From Octopus bimaculoides (Eukaryota), in NCBI RefSeq assembly GCF_001194135.2, contig NC_068981.1, positions 155,254,367 through 155,299,592 on the forward strand: a DNA stretch of 45,226 bases. The letters run 5' to 3'. Each line of letters begins with the position of its first letter. The first letter of the stretch is position 1. Below are positions 37,045 through 45,226 of this stretch, piece by piece. The position numbers and the translations under genes are program-made. Under the pieces are notes generated by a model. The model saw nothing but the letters and a program-made list of their open reading frames with translations, had not been told where the DNA came from and did no database searches.

Positions 37045-37469
37045 AAAAAAATTTCAAAGATTCTATTCATTTTCATAAAGAATTAATATTATTTTAACCT
37101 TTTTAAGATTACATTTCTTATAAAATACTCTTCTTGTGTTTCAGTTAATTTAAGAAATGATAAATAATTTGTTGGAAATTTCATAAAATTACTGAATTTT
37201 GCATTGATTAAGCTGCTGTTATGAACATTTTCAAGACAATGCCCAAACATGGCTGCAATCTGATGACTGAAATCAGTCAAAAATATTTTAACAGATGATT
37301 CTTAAGAGAATTATTATGAGGAAGGCTTTAAATTATATATAAATATTTTAAACCAGGTGGTTTTGTATCAAAGTACCTGATGCTGTCTAAAGTAGGTTGG
37401 TATCAGAAAGATTAAAATAGAATCCAATAAGCTTGTAGGAATTTTGTTTTCACAGCAAGTTTAAAAAAA

Positions 37470-37586
37470 TGAGAAGAGAAAACATAGAATGAGTGAGATG
37501 GGGTAGACAGAGAAGGTAAAAAGAGAGTAGTGGAGAGGGAGAGAGAATGTATAAGGTTAAGATAAATAGATGGATAAAGAGAGAAG

Positions 37587-37677
<91 letters not shown>

Positions 37678-37815
37678 TGGAAGATTAGTCAAAGACAGAG
37701 AGAGAGATGGAGGGAGATAAAGTAAATGAGAAAAAGAAAAAGATGAAGGAAAATTAAAAGAGGGAAAGAATGAGCGTGTGAAAAGAGGGAGTTGAAGCAA
37801 AAGAGGAAAAGCAAA
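37470..37815. repeat. Polypurine tract containing (GA)n of about 40 units
   Basis: Seen directly; (GA)n at about 37592-37675. Confidence 0.95.
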
Positions 37816-38605
37816 TATAATAGTTTTGTTTAGGTTATAAGAAAAATATGTCTATGTTGTGTTTAGTAATTTATTCCATTTCAATAACCTTTAGGATTTG
37901 CTCTTCATCTCAACTGTGGTTCTATGATTCTTAAACATTACTAAATCATGTCATCATACTTTAACAATAACAGAGAAACCTGTTTTGTTGTCACCTTCAT
38001 AATATGTGAACAATACTGAATGAAATAGCTAAATCACTGTCCATTTCACAACCTTTGGTCAAATGTCTTGTTTGTTTAGAACACTTTACACATCTCACAA
38101 TAATGAGAGTTATAGTACCAGAGAAGCATGATGGAATTTCATTTGAGATCAAACAGACAGCAAAGATTTAAAGTTAATTAATGTGGAACTTTCACTAAGA
38201 AGCTCTCAATCTTTGCTGTCTTATGAATGGAATAGACAAATTTCTAGACTTCTCTATTTGTGTTTTCGTATCACAACTGTAAAACCTGTTCCATGTTTGA
38301 AAATGAGATTTTGATTACGTAGAACATACAAGAAGAAGTCCCTCACCTATTTAGTAGGGCAATAACCTCAAAGAGGAACTATCCCAGATTTTGATGATCA
38401 AGAGGATGGATGGATGGGTGATGATGATGGTGATGACAAGGATGATGATAATGATGTTAACAATGATGATAATGATGTTAACAATGATGATCTTGATGAC
38501 TGATTTTCAATGTCCAGTAAAAGTTATGTCTGTAAAAATAAGATCATTTGATGTCAAGACAAGACATCAAATTCTTGCACACACAAACATCCACAGCACA
38601 CATAT

Positions 38606-38742
38606 GCAATGGGTTTCTTTCAGTTTCTATCTTCCATATTCACTCACAAGATTTTGGTTAGCCTGAGGCTATAGTAGAAGACATTTTGCCTAAGGTTGCC
38701 ATGTATTTAGGAACTAAACTTCTGAACCATGCAGCCATGCCT
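38606..38742 (-). mobile_element. SINE family A, 5' half
   Basis: gggtttctttcagtttc..ctatagtagaagac. Confidence 0.7.
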
Positions 38743-38884
38743 ATAGTGATAACTATTTATCGAATATTGAAATAACTAAACGGTCTGGAAGTGGTTGGTG
38801 TTACACAAAGAACTCTCCAAGAAATCATAGTCTTTAGTTAATTCTTCATTTTCAAATCTCTGTTTCTTAAGAAAATATTTCCTA

Positions 38885-39130
38885 TTTCTGAAGCATCTTA
38901 AAACCTAATTATATTTAATGGCAACTGTATAATCCTTATATAGAGGTTACCAGATACCTTGCAGTTAAAATACATATGTAGTCACACACTGTCACTAACA
39001 CATATGCATACAACGTGCTACAATAAGCTACCATAGTATCCACAAAAATACTTTTCAGAAATATCTGTCATTGAAATTAGAAATGCACTTTAGCCCTTAA
39101 GCATAATTTAGTTTTAAGATGCTTCAGAAA
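38885..39130. repeat. Inverted repeat pair (38-bp arms), MITE-like
   Basis: 38885-38922 vs 39093-39130 match at 33/38, with the outer 20 bp perfect. Confidence 0.65.
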
Positions 39131-39271
39131 GGACATAATACAATCATTGTTGTTTGCAAATGTACAGGAAACATGTTGTAAGGACTTAAGAACAGAAAAC
39201 AAAACATGTTTCAACAGTTTACTTCAGGTAGCTTATCTATAAAAGAGAAGACAAGAAAGGTTACAGGCATC

Positions 39272-39314
<43 letters not shown>

Positions 39315-39732
39315 GTTACTGGAGACATAGGAATAATCCTTTTGAGCAGTAGTCATGGTAACAATAACCACATTATTAGTGGTAAAAGTTAAGCTAGCTA
39401 ACTTATTCTAGCAACACATTTGCATGTCAGTGAAATAAATCTCAAGAAAAAGCTTATCTTACAACAAAAAAGAAAAGAAATAAATAAATTAAAAAAAAAA
39501 ACATAAATAAAATGAAGAAAAAATTTAAAAGTACTGCTAGACCTACTTTGAAATTGAAGTCTAATTTTTACTGAAGAGCATTGCTGGAGTATGCATGCAC
39601 ACACACACATAGAGAGACAGATAGACATATACATACACATGTATATGTATACATACATGTACATGCACATACACATATATACATACACACACAAATATAT
39701 ATATTTTTACATATATATACACACACATACAC

Positions 39733-39779
<47 letters not shown>

Positions 39780-40567
39780 CACGCACTCACTCACACACAG
39801 ACATATATTCGAGAAGTTAGTGGTGTAAAAGTTACCCTGCTGAGTCAATTGGTGAATGTTTGAGATATTTAGCATAGTATTGCACTCTGAATACTGCTTT
39901 CCAGGCAATTTCTTATGAATAGAAATAAAAAAAAATCTACACAATAAATAATAAAGAAATACTAACTACACACATACACACACACACACACACAAACACA
40001 AACACATGTACATGTATGCACAGAAAATACAAACAAGCATTCATGAGTTACTACTATGCGTTAACCATCTCACCCAGCCACCTATAATTTCTTCTAGTAC
40101 AGAAATGGCCTTATGTTGCTAGCTTTTTACCTTTTACTCCTTCCATTTACAAATCCATAAATAGATATATAAGTAAATAGATAAATGAAAAGGCAAATAA
40201 GCATCCCCATTATGATATTACTTAAAGAAATCACCGACTTCCTCTTGTAGTTTTAGTTTTCTTAGGTATTCAATTGTCTGCAACAGTCTAGATTGTATTT
40301 ATGATGTGTAATCAAATTACATGAGCATCCTCTCAGTCATGTTATTTGAGGATACACATACAATTTAAGCTGAAGAATGTTCTCTGGTCTTCATAATTAT
40401 CATATATCTTACAAAGTGAATGCTTATTAAGTATTTATAAATATATTACATAATATATATATTTATGTGTGCATATATATATATTTATGAGTGTGTACGT
40501 ATATTTGTGAGTGTGCATGTACATTTGTGAATATCTATGTATATTTGTGAGTGTGTATGTATGTATA

Positions 40568-40619
<52 letters not shown>

Positions 40620-40914
40620 CACACACACAAGAAAAATGTTGGTAGTGACTTTGAAGTTTCGACCTGCTCACCTTCATCAAATTGTGAGGCTGAAACTTTG
40701 AAGTTACTGTTGCCACTTATCTTGTAAAAGTATAATAGATATATACTCTTCAACGTGTATTGAGTAATCCTTCAGTTCAAAGATCCATTTCTGCCAAATT
40801 TATCAATTGGTTTCATGCTAGATATTAGATAACAGGGTGGTTATCTAAATACACATGTTCAGAGATGGCACGTATGGAAAAAATTCTATCCTATTCTGCT
40901 TATTCTTACTATTT

Positions 40915-41053
40915 TTATTATTATTATTGTTGCCTTTGTACAACTTCTAACGCTGGAGATGTACTACAGTGTCAGCTGTTCACTACCAGTGAACTAAGGT
41001 AACACTTCTTATTTTTCGAGCACCTTCTGGAGTATTCAAGCAGTTCCAAGCAG
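40915..41053 (-). mobile_element. 3' end of an R4/Dong-like (REL-endonuclease) non-LTR retrotransposon
   Basis: Translates LLGTA*ILQKVLEK-stop (compare LLGTARILRKVL), followed by a short 3' UTR and an (AAT)n tail. Confidence 0.55.
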
Positions 41054-41269
41054 TGGAACAACAATATACGCAGTGGTAATATGGCTCTGATAAGAATAGG
41101 ATGGTACTGAATCCTTCTCTCCCTATAGCATTTTAATCAATCATAGGATCAATTAAATATGCATAATTCATGCATTGCAGCATTTTGAGGTATGCCATTG
41201 AATTTGAAACGTATGTTGCTGATTAAAACATGATTAAATCTCCATTCTTTTCTCTCACTATCTTTCTCA

Positions 41270-41314
<45 letters not shown>

Positions 41315-41387
41315 NNNNNNNNNNNNNNNNNNNNNNNNNNNNNNNNNNNNNNNNNNNNNNNNNNNNNNNNNNNNNNNNNNNNNNNNN

Positions 41388-41450
<63 letters not shown>

Positions 41451-41794
41451 CGTGTATGAGTGTCCATGTTTATGTTTACACTGATGTAAAAACCAGTGTA
41501 GTTATTGTTGTTGATATTGTCTCCAGTAAATATAAATACCAGATTAGAAATCATTTCTCAAGTTCAGATGAATAATTAAAAAGGTGGTGCTCCAGCATGG
41601 CTGCAGTTCAATGACTGAAACCATTAAAAGAATAAAAAAGTATATATCACACATATTTTGTGTGTCTATATATATATATATATATAAGGTTTAGATTTAG
41701 ATTCAAAAATTGAATATGGTACTTATGTTTAGGCACCAGAATATAGTATGGTATGGTATTATATAAAAACCATTCCAAAAACTAGGTGATCAAA

Positions 41795-42122
41795 AAATCA
41801 AAATAAGCAACACGGATTTTAAAGATGGTTGCAGTACGCGCGTTTCATGCTACTCCATTTATTTAAGTAATGCGAGCATGATAGACTTGGCTATGTCAAG
41901 ATGGATTTTTATGTATTCTTCCTCCCACTTGGATTTGAAATGCTGCCACAATTATGATATGTCTATTCTACTGTAATTTTCTGCATTTGCGTGCAGCTGA
42001 AGATTGCTCTACATATTGCATTTAATGTAATGCTCGCATTACTTAAATAAATGGATAAATGGAGTAGCATGAAACGTGCGTACTGCAACCATCTTTAAAA
42101 TCCGTGTTGCTTATTTTGATTT
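41795..42122. mobile_element. Young foldback element or MITE with about 85-bp near-perfect TIRs
   Basis: Arms 41795-41879 and 42030-42122 differ by 1 substitution plus an 8-bp duplication (ATAAATGG). Confidence 0.8.
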
Positions 42123-42156
42123 ATATANNNNNNNNNNNNNNNNNNNNNNNNNNNNN

Positions 42157-42193
<37 letters not shown>

Positions 42194-43134
42194 TATACTT
42201 CATTTTTACTTATATCCTGTGACTTATTATTACTTAGAGACATTTAATATCTCTATTTAGGCTAAAGGCCAGTAGCTAATTGAGAGGGTGAAATGAACTG
42301 TGGATATAGTGATCACAATGTGTTGTGTATTTTTGATGTATAATCAAGTAGATTATAAGATTTCACTTTAATATATGGTAACATTTGTAAAAGAGATATC
42401 AGAGACAATAGTGAAATAGAGTAGTTATTTGGCAGTTTCCTGTTTCTAAATTCAAAAGCTATTGTAGTTATCTCATATTCACTCTGTGCCTATTTATCCG
42501 TCTATCTATCTTTTCATGTGGTGCCTATTTATCTATCTATCTTTCCATGTGAGAGAGAGAGAGAGAGATATGAAATAGAGGTGTTAGCGCTTGAAGTTAA
42601 GAAAGAGTTTCCAAACTCCAGCTATTCTGACAGTGCTGTATCATATAACTCAAAAGGTTAAGATATTTGTATATTGACAACCTCAGAACATAAAATAGGT
42701 GTCTGAAATGAAGTCATATCATTTTGCCTGATACAGATCTGTGATCAATGCCTTTCCAGCCATGAACACTCCTTCCTTCACTTGGACATTGAACATCCAA
42801 GATTACATTATCTACTGTGTGTTACCCTTTCAAGACACTAGGTGGATTTTAGTCAGCTTTAACATTTGTGGAAACCGCCACAATTTCATATTCCCTTATA
42901 AAATTAAGTCATTTTTCTCTTATCTCTAAAAACAAAAAAAAAAAACCCCTCAATATTTATTTTAATTTCTTTCAGTTGTTGTTGTTGTTGTTTAACTCCA
43001 GGTCAGTCCTGATTAAGCATATCTATTACCAAATGGATTCCAATTATGTGCTTTATTATTCAGTATATGACAAAGAAACACAAACGCTCTCTCTCACACA
43101 CACACAAACACATATTTCCTACACACATACATGA

Positions 43135-43290
43135 TGGTTTCTGTCAGCTTCCATCTACTAAATTTACTTACAAGGCTTTTGTTGGCCCAGGGTTATAGCA
43201 GAAGACATTTAGCCTTGGGGCCATGCCACGCAGCAGGACTGAACTCAAAACCATGGTGTTAGGAAGCAAATTCATAACTGCCCAAACATG
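43135..43290 (-). mobile_element. SINE family A, 5' half
   Basis: ggtttctgtcagcttccatctac..caggactgaactc. Confidence 0.7.
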
Positions 43291-43640
43291 CCCATGTGCA
43301 TGTATTTGCATGTGTCTGTATGAATGCATCCATGCATGTGTGTGTATGGGTAGGTAGGTGTTTGTAGATTATCCATGTGTATCTCAGTAATAGAACAAGT
43401 ACACCTTGATGAATTGTATACCAAGGAAGTACACCTGAACAAATAGTCTAAATTCACCACTGCATGCAGACATAATACATTCAAGACCTACCTGAAAAAA
43501 CCATATTTGACCCTGGAGGTAAGCAGCATTTAAACCTCAAATATGAGCCTAACATTAACAGACACTACTACACTAAAGTACACAGGGTCATGAATACAAC
43601 ATTAGATTATTATTACTATTATTACAATGATAGTCTTTTA

Positions 43641-43852
43641 AGGTGGCAAGTTGGTAGAATCATTAGCATGCTGGGTGAAATGTTTCGTGGTTTTTTGTCT
43701 GCCGCTACATTCTGAGTTCAAATTCTGCCAAGGCCGACTTTACTTTTCATCCTTTCAGGGTCGATAAGTTAAGTACCAGTAAAACACTGGGATGAATGTA
43801 AACGACTTATTCCCTCCCCAAAATTTCAGGCCTTGTGCCTTTATTAGAAAGA
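43641..43852 (+). mobile_element. SINE family B, well preserved
   Basis: aggtggcaagttggtagaatcattagc (A-box-like), ttctgagttcaaattctgcc (B-box-like), 3' ggccttgtgcct. Confidence 0.8.
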
Positions 43853-43899
43853 TTCTGGTAGTCTTTTGAGTCTGAGAAAGAATATTCCCACAATTGTAC

Positions 43900-44105
43900 A
43901 GATAATTTGTTTACAATGATCAAATGTTTGTGCTTGTTGTACATAAGCTCACTCCCTGCTTCAAATCAACATTGTCTGCACATCAGAACAATGTGAAATA
44001 AAGTGTTTTGCTCAAGAACACAACAAACTCCCTGGTCTGGGAATTAAAACCACAGTCTTGCCATCATGACTACGACACCCTAACCACAAGGCCATGAGCC
44101 TTCAA
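43900..44105 (-). mobile_element. tRNA/CORE-type SINE, degenerate
   Basis: Minus strand reads ggctcatggccttgtggttagggtg..ggttttaattcccagacc..gttgtgttcttgagcaaaacac. Confidence 0.6.
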
Positions 44106-44539
44106 CAATAACACCCCTTATAAAACAATGACACACCTAAACCCTATTGAGCAACAATACAATTATAATATCCTACTAATGCTACAACTAGCTCCTCATG
44201 CACCAAGAAGTGAAACACACTGGCCCAGACCTGTTTTCTTGTAAGAAACATCTACACAATATATACCCACATGAACGACCACAAAACACACAAAAAACTT
44301 AATCTAAATTCACACCCTAACAAATGTATACAAATGAAACTCATTCGCCTACGGACATGTGCATAAAAAGTATATTAAAACACACAACAATACTTATATA
44401 CATACCACATCAATATGCTTCATGCTCTTATATACAATGCAATATATATATATGTTTATTTCTCCTATAGCAGAACTTTGTTATGATCGGGTATTAAGGT
44501 CTGAGTTTTAGTATTTTTAGTTCTGCTATTGCTCTATTT

Positions 44540-45077
44540 ACTTATTCGTACATCTGTTCATATACATGTGCAAGTGTATATACATATATATGTATGTGTG
44601 TGTGTATATATATATGTGTGTGTGGGTAATGTTTTGTATGTGTATATATGTATGTGTATATGTGTGTATATATATATATGCGAGTAAAAATAAATACAAA
44701 ATAAGGGGTTTTGTATGATTGTGTATAGAGGAATATATTATTTTGTTTAAAAGAGTTCCAACACTGTCTGTTTTTTATGTTTTATTTATATTCCTGCAAA
44801 ACCAATGTGGGATATAGAATATGGAATATACAATATATAATATAATATACAATATATAATATAAAATAAAAATGGATGGTACAATGAAATAAAGTATTGA
44901 ATGTCTTATTGAATATATGGAATATGTCTTATTGAATAGATGAAATATTGAGTGTTCAATATAAAGGATTAAATATATAAAGGCGAATACATATTTTCTA
45001 TACCTTGTGGTATTTCATCATAGCCGGTATGACAGACTTTAACAGACTGTGTGTGTGTATGTATATACATATGTATG

Positions 45078-45122
<45 letters not shown>

Positions 45123-45226
45123 GTATGTATATGTACATATATGTATGTTTATGTATGTATATGTGTATATATATATATATATATGTGTGTATATGTGTGT
45201 GGGTGATGTTTTGTATGTGTGTGTAT
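44540..45226. repeat. TA/TG-rich low-complexity region with a direct repeat (tatgtgtgtgggtRatgttttgtatgtgt at about 44612 and 45191)
   Basis: Seen directly. Confidence 0.7.

Noticed and set aside
1-45226. CRISPR array, operon or other prokaryotic system
   Set aside because: No regularly spaced repeat-spacer array and no gene-dense segment; the sequence is metazoan repeat-rich DNA.

Overview
This is AT-rich, microsatellite-dense eukaryotic DNA with six assembly gaps, most of them next to (TA)n tracts. The SINE families and microsatellite density point to a coleoid cephalopod, most likely Octopus; this is recognition from memory, not a database result. I found no host protein-coding exon. Nearly all ORFs in the track are translated microsatellites, SINE internal repeats or decayed transposon ORFs, so the window reads as part of a giant intron or intergenic DNA. 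Mobile elements include a 5'-truncated CR1 LINE (about 18.15-20.86 kb, minus), two decayed mariner transposases, an RTE fragment, an R4/Dong-like 3' end, at least five SINE families and several MITE or foldback inverted repeats. Two observations are not explained by repeat annotation. (1) A minus-strand recursive-splice (ratchet-point) architecture at 33887/33886: polypyrimidine tract, CAG|GTAAGA, then a 43-nt all-frames-stop cryptic exon ending at GTAAGT, with weaker similar sites at 43492, 13413 and 10610 on the same strand. (2) A type I hammerhead-ribozyme fold at 7788-7861 (minus) in a probable Penelope-like terminal repeat, with one core substitution.
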